Shown here: one piece after another, positions 1 through 12,863 of the stretch
How positions within the stretch are numbered: position 1 is the first letter of the stretch
Layout of the letters: each line of letters begins with the position of its first letter
Assembly (NCBI GenBank): GCA_964057225.1
Contig: OZ059894.1
Span: 7,254,001 to 7,318,000, forward strand
Length of the DNA stretch: 64,000 bases
Reading direction: 5' to 3'
DNA from: Auanema rhodensis
Taxonomy: Eukaryota; Animalia; Nematoda
The notes under the pieces: generated by a model
The model's database searches: none
The model's input: the letters and a program-made list of their open reading frames with translations, nothing else
Told to the model about the DNA's origin: nothing
Made by a program: the position numbers and the translations under genes

Positions 1-2721
1 GTATGTATGTGTGTCTGTTTTCGCAACTTCTTTGAAGGAAATAAGAGTAGAGTGTTGTGAAAACTAACGTGTGGTAGCAATATGATAGGAGTCGAGAAGT
101 TAACTTGATAAAACAGCAAGAATATGAATTCATGATCGTAGGAGTTCAAGTAAATATTTGATGGAAAGACCATCAAATCAGCTAATTTGTCATTGAGAAG
201 CTGATAGATAATCATATTGCAAGCATGAGTATTGATGATAATCAGGTTCATGACAGTAACGAGGAGGTCAAATGAACGACTGAGCGAACAAACAAATAAA
301 AAGTCATCTGCAGACGTTGTTAGAGTCATCTCCGTCGTCGTCATACTTTACTGTCACTGCCGCTACTGATGATGACGACCACGACGTCGAAGATGATGCT
401 TGGCTGTTACTCCTGCTACTGCTGTATGGACCGCCTTCAAACAAACCCAAAAACCTCGCTTGACAAACGGCGAAAGTCCATATTGATGAAGAGTTTCTAG
501 GATTTTGCTAGTATAGAACGTTCAGTGAAGCGGAAATGATCTCATTCTTTCCATTATTCTCTCAATCTCTAAGCGCAGTTCGATCTCTATCAGTACAATC
601 CCTCGAATTCGCTATATCTTTCTCATTAATTCCCTATTCCATACATTAAAAGCAACTTCGTTCATTTTAGAAATTCGCTACTTTAATATCTATACCTTCT
701 GATAGATTAGTTAGAGTCAAAATTATAATTTGATCTATAAGAGCTCTCAAGCAATCTCTAGTTGTTACTTCTCTCGTATCCTTATTTTTCCATTACTCCC
801 TATTCCATCACCCTTTTATCTATTTCAACTTTTATCTTTTTTTAACTTACAACTCATTTAAAAACTATGTGTTTATCTACTTATGTTTTTCTCAAACTTA
901 TGTTAAAAATATATAATCAGTAAATAACTAGTTGGCAGTATGACCCTGATCTATTGACTATTGAGTTACGAAGAGAAATGTGACACAAAATTTGGTCTAA
1001 GACTATTAAAGGACACATACATCTTGGATTTCCCTTCTTTTTCTCATCAACATTCCAACATATTTTTTTATTTTTTCTCATTTTTCTTTCTTTTTATGTT
1101 CTTCTTACTTCACTCATTCATTCATTCATTCCTTTTTCTCTGTATTGTGAATCCTTCTATGAATTCTCAAGAGATATAACTAAAGTTGAATATATGCATG
1201 TAAGTGATTTTTCGAACTGAGTTCAGCTATATATATTAAGCTAAAAGTACAACTGGAAAAAGAAGAAACACTTTTACACTTTTCTTCGTCAAGTTCAACC
1301 ACGAACGGTTGTGAGTCAAGTTCAAAATTAAGAGAATGAAATATGCTGAAAGAAAAAATATTTCTTTAGATATATTGAATAATTAACAAATGAATAAGAC
1401 GGTGTATTCAGAAAATGTTGTAAAAAGATTTTACAATGGGGAAGTAAGCTCAAAGAGTAAAGTGCATACTCAAAATGAATTTGGTTAGAGAGTAGGAGAA
1501 AGTGAAGAAAAAGGCAGCGTAAACTTCTATTAGAGTCAGATGCGTGTATGAAGATGATAAATTTATTCGATTTTTTCGAATTTCATCAATTTTTTCATCG
1601 AGATGTGTGTATGTAAAAGTATAGAAAAATATTTAAACGCATCCACAGATGAATATTATAGATAAAATTTGAAGCGAACTGTCTGAACTCAACTTGGGAA
1701 AATATAATTATATAGACCAAATAGATCGAGCGAACTTGCTATAACGAACAATTGTGCGTTCATTCTAACTCCTTTGGAACTATGTGAAGAAAAAAGGAAA
1801 ACCTAGAACTTAACTTTTTTTTCTGAACTTTCCTACCTTTTCATCTTCGTCTTGTCAGTTGTCAAAGTAGACTCGAACGCACATGTGGGAATTACGACAT
1901 GCATCCCTATTAGTGCTGTGATAAATCTCGCTCAATGACGAACTTAGGCATCAAGCTTCCGAAACAATTTGTGATTCGGAAACCAGCTAAAGTTTGAACC
2001 TGCTGACGAGTATGTCGGAAATTGATGCTTTTTTGCCCTAGAGGACCCTTGGAGCAACTCATGAGACACTCTGTTCAATATGAAAACCTTCTACAAATTC
2101 TGAACCGTCTAGGGACCATACTCAAAACATTGCAAAGTAGAAAACTGAGAAGTGAGAGCAATCAAGGAAATGACAGGCAACAACATACTACCTAGCTTCG
2201 ATTGACGAGCAGAGAGATCAATTTCACCTGACAAGAATCATGACAAACTAATATATGTTCAATATTTGAAAATTAAAAAAAATTCAAATAAAATTCAAAT
2301 CAGCATAATATCAGATTGAAAATTCATAAAATTAAGACAGAAAATTTTTCAAGAGGAAACTTGAAAAAAAGCTATTACGTGTCTGTTTTAACGAGAGAAA
2401 AAAAACGAGCTGACAGTTGAAGCGATCAAGGTTTTTCAAAAATGAAAGAAAACAAACAAGCTAAATCAAACGACAGATTGACTTTTCATGATGGGTAAGG
2501 TAACTGGCAAACATGAGACTTTTTTGAATAAAAAAAAGTAAATTGTAAGCCTTTTATGTGTATTTATTGAATTACAAAGTTATAAAAAAGACTATAGACT
2601 TGAGAAAATAACTTCTAAATCAACACCTTGGTGCAGAATAAAACAAATGTAAACAATGAAGAATATAAAAGATAAAAAGTAACGAACAAAACATGTTTGA
2701 TTGAATTTCAGCTGAGTACGA

Positions 2722-2757
2722 GAAGAAGAAGAAGAAGAAGAAGAAGACGACGACGAC
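2722..2757. repeat. (GAA)8(GAC)4 trinucleotide microsatellite
   Basis: Read directly; it explains the poly-Ser ORF 2592..2774(-). Confidence 0.9.
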
Positions 2758-3609
2758 AAAAGCAATTGGAACATTCGTTGTCTTCAGCTACATGTCCTCG
2801 GGGGAATAATTAAAGGTAGCTAGCCAGGAACTTTAAGCTTTTTGAGGCCGATTACAAAGTGCAAACCTTTTAATACATGAAAGTTTAAGGCAAGGTTTTT
2901 TGAGAGCAAATCCTGAAATTAATGCTAATCTAAGTGCAGTCTGGGAGCAATTGGAATAGTATGAAAAAAACTTAACAACATTTCTATAACAAACTAAATA
3001 TTAAACTAATTACATTAGAAATTTTTTTCATGAATAGTAGTATATGAAAAATAATTTACGTGAAAAAAGACGTGAACATTCCATTTTTTAAAACGAATGA
3101 GACAGTAAACGGTTGATAAAATTCAGTAAGAAGGATAAACTTGTTTGAGCGGAATTATTTGAACTTTATAGTTTCAATAGAAAGAAAACGACAAATTTTT
3201 AGCAGCAAATACCTTATTTCGACTCGAAACAACGTAAAAGTACTTTAAAAGAAAATGAGTCAAATGAAGCATATTAGAAAAGTAAAGGATAAAGAGAGGG
3301 GTAACCTGTTGTGCAGAGGTCGGCAGAACGTTATAATAGGAAAGTTAGTCGTTACAGGTCGATGACATCATAAACTAAAGCCAGAAGGGAACACCAGATG
3401 TTCATATGAGATCCAAGAGCAAAAACATTACAGATATTACTAAATTAAATTCAATATACTTATTGAAAACAAATTACTCAAATCTGATAAGTTTTTAGTT
3501 AAGTTGCTGGAAAAACAAACCCAGAATCAGGTGAAGTACATGACAATGTGATGAATGATTGATAGGATTGTCGAAACAATAGTACTTAAAGCTAAGGTGT
3601 GTCGGCGCT

Positions 3610-3670
3610 TGTGTCTGTGTCTGTGTGAGTGAGTTTGTGTGTGTGTGTGTGTGTGGGGTATGTGTGTGTG
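3610..3670. repeat. TG-rich microsatellite, (TG)10 core at 3636-3655
   Basis: Read directly; it explains the HT/CV-repeat ORFs. Confidence 0.9.
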
Positions 3671-6600
3671 CAAAGTTGTCAGGAGGAAGTATTCTGCAAT
3701 TCTTCAAGCGGTTTGAGTAATTTTAAAAGTTTGTTTGAAAAGCAAACGAATTACCAAAGCGGACAAGCGAACGCTTTAGTTGATCATGTCATTGAGTATA
3801 GGTGTGGCAACCTTCAACAGCCATGAGTTCTCTCTGAAGCACACAGACGTTTTTTCGCTATTTCAATTAGACTTAACACGGGATGTTTACAGAGTATGAG
3901 TAATCAAATGGCAAAACAATCAGTCTACGATTGCGTAAGTCGTCGACATGAACTGTGAACTGCATTATGTTATACAGCCGACGTGCCTTTCAAACTACAG
4001 CGAACATTTTGTGTACAAAGGATTTCACATGCAGTTGCAAAGAATTATATTTGAGAAACAAAAAAAAAGACAGAAAAAACGAAAAAAAAGGGAAAAAGTA
4101 AATGAAAACTAGTTGAGTAGAAGCAGAAATTGAAGAAATGTGTAGCAGCAGGATAGAAGATTATCCTGAAAGACAGTGAAAATTAGAAGTTACATTGGTA
4201 TGCTTAAAATGAAATTGAAAAGTAAGACTACAAAAATCATTAAATGTAGAAATATTTTTACAAAATGTTAATTGTATATTATGTATTATATAATATATAT
4301 TTATTTTATTAACTATTAGTTTATCATTTTCTTTAAATTTTCTGTTCTAACTTTTATTAAATCATTCCTTGTCATTTAAATTGAATCCAAGTGCTAGAAA
4401 ACAAAAACATTAAATAAGGAATATCTATTTGTATTATGATCGTCATGAAATGTCCAGCATTACAACAATTGATCAAGCTTTTATTTATATGTTTATTTTT
4501 GGATTTATAAGTGTATGTGATACAGCTAAGTATGAACGAGCTAAACAAAAACCTCAAAGATAGATGCGCATGGTGATGACAAAAGCGGATAATGCCCATT
4601 ACTTGTGTACATAACATATATGATCGTCTTCTTCTATCTTTATATCTCTGTTGTATTTTTCTTCTCTCTCTCCCTTTTCACCTTTCACGACCTTTTCTTC
4701 CGCAATCATTATCTTGCTCTCCAGCAAAACCTCAAGTCATCAGAATGAATCATGTCGTTGTGAGAGACTTATCATGGTCCGCCCACAACTTTGTCTTTAT
4801 TGCCTGTCATTGTATTATATGTCCAATTTTTAGTTGAAGAGCCGATATGAGATCAAATTCGTCTTAAGTGTGAACAATTTCTAAAAAAGGTTAGTCAATC
4901 TGATTTTTGAGTGAAAATTCATGGAAAATTTCTCAAACAACAACCATAATGCTATACCTAGCCAAGTGGGTGTTAACAATCCTCTAGGTTATTATAGAGA
5001 AACATCTGTCCAATTCCATCAAGATTTTTCTTTTTCAGATCATCCATTGTGTTTTCCATTAAATTGCTAATTTTTTAGATGAGATAAGAGGAAATAAATG
5101 AATAATATTATTACATCGTGCTAGCAAATTCATAATCGTTTTTATCCTTTCAGTACAAAATTCTTCAGAAAATTTTCAGACAATCTCAGCAATGAAAGCG
5201 ACTTTTGCTTTATTTCATAATCAGCATCTATTACGCTTCTTTTAAGCTTTTATCTTTTTTTAGATTTTCGAATGTTTCTATTTGCATTCACTTCACTTCT
5301 CATATCATAATACGTACATTTATCAAAACGGAAATGCCATATGAATCTGAATATCAGAAATACTATAATAATGTATTACCAATAATAGTATTGCATCATT
5401 AAAACAATAATATTACCTCATCTTGTTTGCTTCGTTTAGTAACTCGATAAGGTGTAACGTTTTGAAATTGTCTAAACACTTCTTTAAGCCACCTAAGGCT
5501 TTTAAACAGCAGGACTTAATCAACGATAAGCACTCGATCCTACACGATCGATTAATTACTGATAAGCAATATATAAATCAATTTAGGAATTTGTTTTAGT
5601 TCACGCCTTATGGGAAACATTACTGAACATGTGTATGTATTTTAGAATTATTCATCTTTAATCTTCCTTCCTGAAAAAATCAGCATCTGTTCGAACATGG
5701 ATCTTTTTTTATGATCATCTCTAGCATTTCCTTTTTCATTCTTCTACCTATTTCCCATTTCAATATTTTTCACTCTTTCAGATTTTCTACAAGCTCTTCA
5801 GCTTCAATCTTATTCATATCGTTTTTATACGTAATATTTAGATATAGAAGCATTTTTACATCTTTTTCATGCATCATCTTCTTCTTTTCATTCAATACCC
5901 CATCTTGATCAACGATTTTCGCACAATACTTCTCACATTCTCTTTAGCAAACATTTTTCAATTCATGTTTGGCCCTATACGTCTATGTATGTATGTGATC
6001 ATAGCATATCATGAAAATACGATAGAGGCTGTCCCATACCTTTCTCTCCCTTACTTCTTCTTTTCAGTTTCCTGTGTCCAGATTCAGTGTTCAATTTGAA
6101 CCCCTGCCAATTCACAAATCATCCGAAGGTTCCTGACCATTTAACTAGATTAATGATTTTTTTTCTGGATTTCATTTTTTTCCAAGTTTCAATTCACATT
6201 CACATTTGTTCTACCTTTCTTCTCAATGACGTCGATGAGTAATGGTACAATCGAAACATTCTTTCGTCGTCGTTTTAAAAATTATTGTTTCTCACAAAGA
6301 TCATCTAAATATGTAAAATATTTTTGAAAGATAGCAGATTTTCTTTTTCTCAGCATATTAGTCGGTATGTATAGCTAGATGAACGTGTGAATACTGATTA
6401 CAATTCTACAACTCTGTCTTTCGTTATACTACAGCAACCATCATTCAATAGTCTTCAGATACATACGCTTCCATCTTCATCAAAATATTAAATTTTCACA
6501 CTTTAGTAAGTATGTTATACTTTATATAGCACCTCTGATACTAGCTGGATAATCTCATCCAAGCCAGATGCAGATAAAGCAAGCATCCAGCTTGCGTGGG

Positions 6601-7119
6601 ATTGCCCAGATGTATTCAATATGTATTTTTATTTTTATTTTTATTAATTAGATCTGAAATCTATTTATATTCAGTTGTATAATTTTATAAAACTTTCTTA
6701 TTACATATAACAAAGACAAATGGCATTTCGAATGATTATGTTACCTCTACTGTAAGCATTATGATCAATCACTCAAACAAGCGTAAATGGTGATGAGTGA
6801 TGTTGATGACGAAGCAACATAAAAGTAACGCGATGAATCATTAGGTTATTAAGGTTTATTAATCATTTTATTAAATAAATTTTTCAATAAAAATTTTATA
6901 CTCAATTGTACTTAAAATAAAAAAAAATAAAACAGCTGTACGAGTTGATGCATTGGATAGTCGAAGATACGTCTTAGATTTCAAATCTGTAATTCAAAAG
7001 CCACTTTTTATATTCTAAATTTTTGAAAATTAAACTAAAAGCTTTAGAATATTATAAAAAACAAGTTTTTATAAATAGATTTGTATAGTTACAATAATTT
7101 TTAAGGTAATTAATAATTT

Positions 7120-8272
7120 CTTGAAGCTTAGTTACATTGCGAACAATTGTTAGAATCAATTGGTATCTATGTATCCGAACTAGCCTTATCTTTTTCAGAA
7201 AAAAATTGTTAGAGGCTTAAGAATCGATTCATTTTTTGAGTAAAAATTCACAAAATAAAAAAAGGAAATTCACAAGAATTTACAAATGTTGATTGTGTTC
7301 AAGGATTGGCTGTCTCTTTATTATTAGCTATAATTGCTCATGAAACTTACGAGAAGATTTACTTGAAACTTGATAAAGTTCAAATTCTGAGCTTGATAGT
7401 ATAGTTGATAGTTTTTGCTTTAAGTAGGTTTATCATTATTGCCAATGACAAAACCATAGAAATCTTATATGGAACATCAATCGATTTTCGAAATATTGAA
7501 TCAAACGCAACTTTTGGTGAAGTATGTATCAAAAGAAGTTTTCAATTTATTTTCCATATTTCCAGAACAAATTGCTCGTTTGAATGCTCAACTGAGTTTC
7601 AAAAATAGAAGATTGTTAACATATTCAGAATGTAAATACAAGGATAAACCTCCATTTTCAGAGTGTGAACTCGAGTTTATATGAATTCAATAAACCAAAA
7701 TATTCACGATGTTGGTTGCAGGGTACTAAATCAAATGGAAGTACTCTTATGATGATTGGTAATAGTTTTGCTGTAAATAATATTCGCGTAATTTCTTCTA
7801 GTTGTAAAGATTATGACTGGTAATGAGAAAGAACAAATACCTCTTGTCGAAACAATTATTTCATATTTCGCTAGAAATGTTAAAAAGAAGATGTATGTAT
7901 AGTCTTCATGATTTTCCTCAGAGCCTTACGCATCAAGTATCATCAGTGAATAATCGGATTCTGCAAAACATTCGGATAATGAATTTAGAACTAAAGGCCA
8001 GCTATCAATTGACTGATTCAGAACTCATTAATATATTTTATAGTTTGATCCTGAACTTTATCGGAACAAGAAGGCTATATACTTCGCCTAATTAGGAAAA
8101 AAATTGTCAGAATTGTGAATTATTAGATATTAAGTCGTATTTTAGTGATGAAAACAACACTTTTCATTTTCATAATGAAGAAAATTGCGTTTGTTACTTT
8201 ACTGATAGCAAGCATATATCATCTCCTGCATATGGTCTTTAGAAAGTTAAGTATGAAAATGCATGTAAATAA
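7120..8272 (+). pseudogene. Degenerate nematode O-acyltransferase (Acyl_transf_3 + SGNH, oac family) pseudogene, 3' half
   Basis: Collinear fragments LAVSLLLAIIAHETYEKIYLKL, EQIARLNAQ, CKYKDKPPFSECEL, TLMMIGNSFAVN (SGNH block I), NVKKKMYV/LHDFPQ and NCQNCELLDIKSYFSDENNTFHF..YFTDSKHIS (DxxH) resemble remembered oac proteins. Disrupted by TAG plus frameshift at 7900-7902, in-frame TAG at 8240-8242 and an apparent internal deletion near 7790-7800. The 5' boundary is approximate. Confidence 0.7.
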
Positions 8273-9269
8273 TTTTATTGTCTTGTAATATTTATTATAT
8301 ATAATATTTATTCCGAAAATGGTATATAATTCGATTTCTTTCAAAATAGCTTTAATTATTCCGTCAATAAACCAAGTAGACCAAAATAGATGAATGAAAA
8401 GTTGAAGAATTTGTTTAATGTTATTGATATCTTGATCCAGCTTAATATTTTGTTATAGTTTTATTATATTTACAACTATATCTTCGAAATTACATTAACA
8501 TTAATTGGAATGCATTTTCAATGTTTTGTTGGTGGATTAAGATTCATTTTCTGTTATTTTTTTGAATTGATTATGGAAGTAATTTTATTTTCATTTTTAT
8601 TTCATTTTAGTGCATTTTTCTAAATGTTGCATATAATATTAATATAGTACTGTATATTAGTAAAAAATATTTTAATAAAAGGACAATTTAATATAATTTA
8701 ACTTTTAACTGAATTTATAATTTTAATAATCATTTTTTAATTTTTACAAATTTTGATTGTGTTGTTTGTGACGTCAAACGTTATTCTGGCGCATGGTTGA
8801 ACGTGGAAATAGTGAAGTTATTTGAAAATGTTAAGAGCTAGTTATCGGTTGCATTCGATTACAACAAAGGGAGACGTGTTTTTTTAAGATTTTCTTCTAG
8901 AAAGTTTCTTTAAATATCTTGTAATTAACTTTGATATTATATAAATGTGAATAAAGTTAGTAGAAAATACGTAAATGTTCAAGATACAAAAAAATGCTTG
9001 TCATTCGTGTGAAAAAATAAGTTTTGTTTTTAAAAGGATGTATGCATCAAACATTTGCCTGTATATAATTTTAGTTTATTATGTCATAGAAATTTGATCG
9101 TATATTGTCTGAAAAATAGATTTTCGCAGAGTGATATAATTCTCTTGGAGAAAATATATAATAAATTCTCATTTTATTTAAGAGTATTGGACTGAATAGC
9201 ATTCATTCACATTTCTTTGTATCATTGATAAACCTAGTAAGCATCAGATTTCTACGAACTATTTAGTAT

Positions 9270-10679
9270 ATGAAACCATCACTTGATTATGATATGGAAA
9301 AGTATAAATTGATAACTATCCTTGATATACTTTTGGTTTGTTTTATAATTAATTTTTCTTAATCGTCTTCTTCTTCTAATTCTTTCGAAAAAAATTAAAT
9401 ATTCTTCTCTTATTTTTGTATAATATAGGTTAATATATTAGCTCTTTGTGCTCATTCTGTTATTGTATTTCAATATATGAAACATAACTCACTTCATACA
9501 CCATATTCATTTATGACTTCTGCTCGATCATTAGCATATATGCTCATGTGTACATGTGATCTTATTGGATATATTTTTATGGTATTTATCAGGTAAACAC
9601 ATATTTGTAATTTTGGTTACAGATTTCATTATTCACAATATTTTTAGTAATAAATTAATTTCAAATATAGCTCAATTTTTGAATTCTATGGTTTTCATAC
9701 ATGTGCTCGTCTCTGAATTATTTTTCACATCAAATCGATTAATTGCAATAGTGTTTTGGAAATATTATGAGAGAATATTCAAAATGAAATCCGTGAAAGT
9801 TTGTGATTTTAGTGTTTTATGAAATCAAAGTATCAAAAGTTATATAAACAAATGCTTGTGAACATCATGAATACCAGAATCAAATGTTGCAACTGTTTGT
9901 ATTTCAGATATCTTTGCTATGTTTTATCATAATTAGTATAAGTTCATGTCTCCCAAATATTTTTTATGGTTAGTTTTTCTTATTTACTTTTAATTATACA
10001 ATGAATGCATTTTTCATTTGTAATACCTGTTCAACGTTTTTTCTAAAATATTAATTTAAGGTTGTGAGTATACAATTGATGAAACATATCGTCTAGAATA
10101 TGCTAAAACTGATACTATTCATTTTTGTTATGAAATAGACGATATTCAAACTTATTATATTATATATCCAATTAAAATACTTTCTTTTATATTCACTATA
10201 ATAACTTCCTTTGTTTTAACAAATTATTTTGTGAGTTATATTAAGAATTTTAATTTTAATTTTGATTCTTATTAAGTGTATGAGATCATCTGTTGTTAGA
10301 CAGTCATCTCAAATAACAACTCATATTCCTACATTCTGCTATTCGTTACTCTTAACTATAATATCTACACTTGAAATGTATGTATGGATTAACCCTGATT
10401 TAGTGCCATTAGATAGGAAGAAAAGTATTTTTTATAATCTTATATCAATTACAATATTCACAGCTGTATTCCAAAATATGGCTTTACTTGAAGGGTTCGT
10501 TTCAATTATTTTTCTGCAAAACAACAATTTAGAACTAAATTATCTTTCTTGCCTTCAGTATTACCTCGATTATCCTACATAGAAAAGTACTTTTCAAAAA
10601 TTCTGCATTCGGAACATCTGTTGTTCGACATGTCGTAGGAGCAAGTATAACGTTAGTTTCATCAAGTATTGACCTTTGA
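9270..10679 (+). CDS. Serpentine 7TM chemoreceptor, Srx-like (316 aa, 7 exons)
   Basis: Exons 9270-9335, 9429-9592, 9648-9798, 9908-9968, 10061-10230, 10277-10494, 10559-10679 join in frame with GT-AG introns. Hydrophobic helices; motifs LHTPYSFMTSARSLA, TSNRLIAIVFWKYYERIF, GCEY and LLEG/I resemble Srx receptors. Confidence 0.8.
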
Positions 10680-12863
10680 TGATTAAACTATATATTTGTA
10701 GGCCAAGTCGAAAATGAATAAAACTTCAAATTGACAAATTTCAAAAAAATAAATTTTGGTCATCGGGTATATGAACGAGATTTAAATAGAATAAGACTTA
10801 TGTTTATTTGTGTAAGTAAGTATGTACAAGTATATATGAATTAAATATTTGAAAACGAAATAGAAAAGATGAAACTACAATAGCTTTTCCGACTTACAAT
10901 CTCTTATGAGCAATATACAAGCTCTTTTCTAGTCTGTTTGTTTCGCATGAAAAAGTAAAAAATAAACGGAAAATGAGTTCACATTAAGAATTTCGCCATT
11001 TCACAAAGTGCTTCTTCTATTCAATTACAAGCTTCCCAAATTCACCAAAGGCAAATTAAAATAGTTATTTCATGTTATAATCCTATTGTATTACGAATAC
11101 AATAACAACATGTTCAATGGTTTAACCTCATCGATAATTCTTATTTTCAACAATTCTCTATTCAATAAACAAATAAACTCTTAACTATCATAAGCGATCA
11201 GAAAGCAATCATCCGGAACAAGACAAGCACAGAACATCTGTATTTGATTAAAGCCTCAGTTGTTCATAATTTCAAAACAAAATACATTTGAGCAGAAGTT
11301 CTTCTATTTTCAAAATCATTGCAACTGTACTTCCCAAGCTACTTATTTTTCATATTTATTTCTTTCAGAATGGTAAAAGCAATCCATTTACCTTCTGGAA
11401 GTAATGCTTTATCCGTCTACTCGCTTATTTTATCCGGTCAAAGATTCATTTTGAATGTGGTGTTGCTATGAAACGAATAAATATTCCTAAAGTGTTCTCC
11501 ATTATACCAAGTAAATAAAAAATACACAGAGTTTTTTCAGGAACGAGTGCTTTTTCATGTTATCATGATAGAAGACCAATTTTTTGTTGCTCAGCAGGAG
11601 TTCGAACTTTTCGTATCTTCTTACTTTTAAGCAATACCCGATACTGCAGCTGTTTTTTTATTATGAAACTAAAAAATATTGCAGTTCAATGAGGCCATAG
11701 ATTATTGTTAGGCTTTCGCTCATGTGGTAACCACAATAGGTTATACCGTGTCATTGATCGAAAACTAGTTAATGGATATTTCGGACAGGTCAGACAGACT
11801 CATCGTTGAAAAAAATGGCAAACGTTGTGATTGGAGAGAAATAATAACGCTATGGTATGAATAGAAAAAAAAACTTCATAATAAGAACGCGATAAAAAAT
11901 AACCTTTTATGCATCACACCTATTACGACTAGAACTACAGAGTCTTTGGAAAAGTTCTGTCAATCTGTCTTTCCATCTGGTAACTGCTTGAATGTTAGCA
12001 GCATATTAGACTTGTAATTAGTTTGAACAGGAAATAGTAGTCGGTATAGCCCTGCTGCTTTATTAAATTGGACTTTCTTTGTCATTTTGAGATATATGTT
12101 TCTGTGAAAATATCTGAGCGCATGTTTCTTGGAGGGAAAGTCTAACTTGAATATTCTGTCATTCCGCCTTAACTTGTGGAGATTCGCATGAGTCTTCCAG
12201 ACAAAATTTCACTATTAAACGGCTGAGCTTATGTATGAGATAATGCGGAAAATCCATATGAAAACAAGAGAGTTAGTTAGTTAGAGAATGAAAATGAAAG
12301 AAAGAGATGGAGAAGGAACGATTCCTTCCAATATATCGCATTTCCCTCTGGGGATGGTGTATGTTCTGTAGCTACATCGTTCTAGTAAGCAAGCCGAAAG
12401 AGAGAGCTTGCAGCCAGCCAGCTTCTCTCTTTCTCCTCATGCTCTTAGTAGTTCTTCCTCTGCCCCATTCATGTCTCTGCTCTCACTCCCTTATTTTATT
12501 TTACCGAATAGCTGTCTATGCTATTGTGCTCTCTATATCATCCCTCAGTTAGCTTACACTCTCTCATGCATTTTGTTACACTGTCTGACCTGCTCTATAT
12601 CTTCTCAGCGCTCTCTCGGTCTCATCTCCTCTGTGAGACTAACGAAAGAGAGCGAAAAGGCAGTGTGGAAATTTAAGGAGTGTGCAGACATGCAGAACAG
12701 CGAACCGATTGCTATAAACCATGAGAGAGACAGAGAGCAGCAAGAGAAATAGGAATTGAACGAGAGAGAAAGAGTGGGAGGGACTCTACCAGCGCAGCCC
12801 AGCAGTCGCAGTGAGTCTGTGTGTGCTATGCGGGTAACTGCGACGACGAAGACTGCCAATGCC

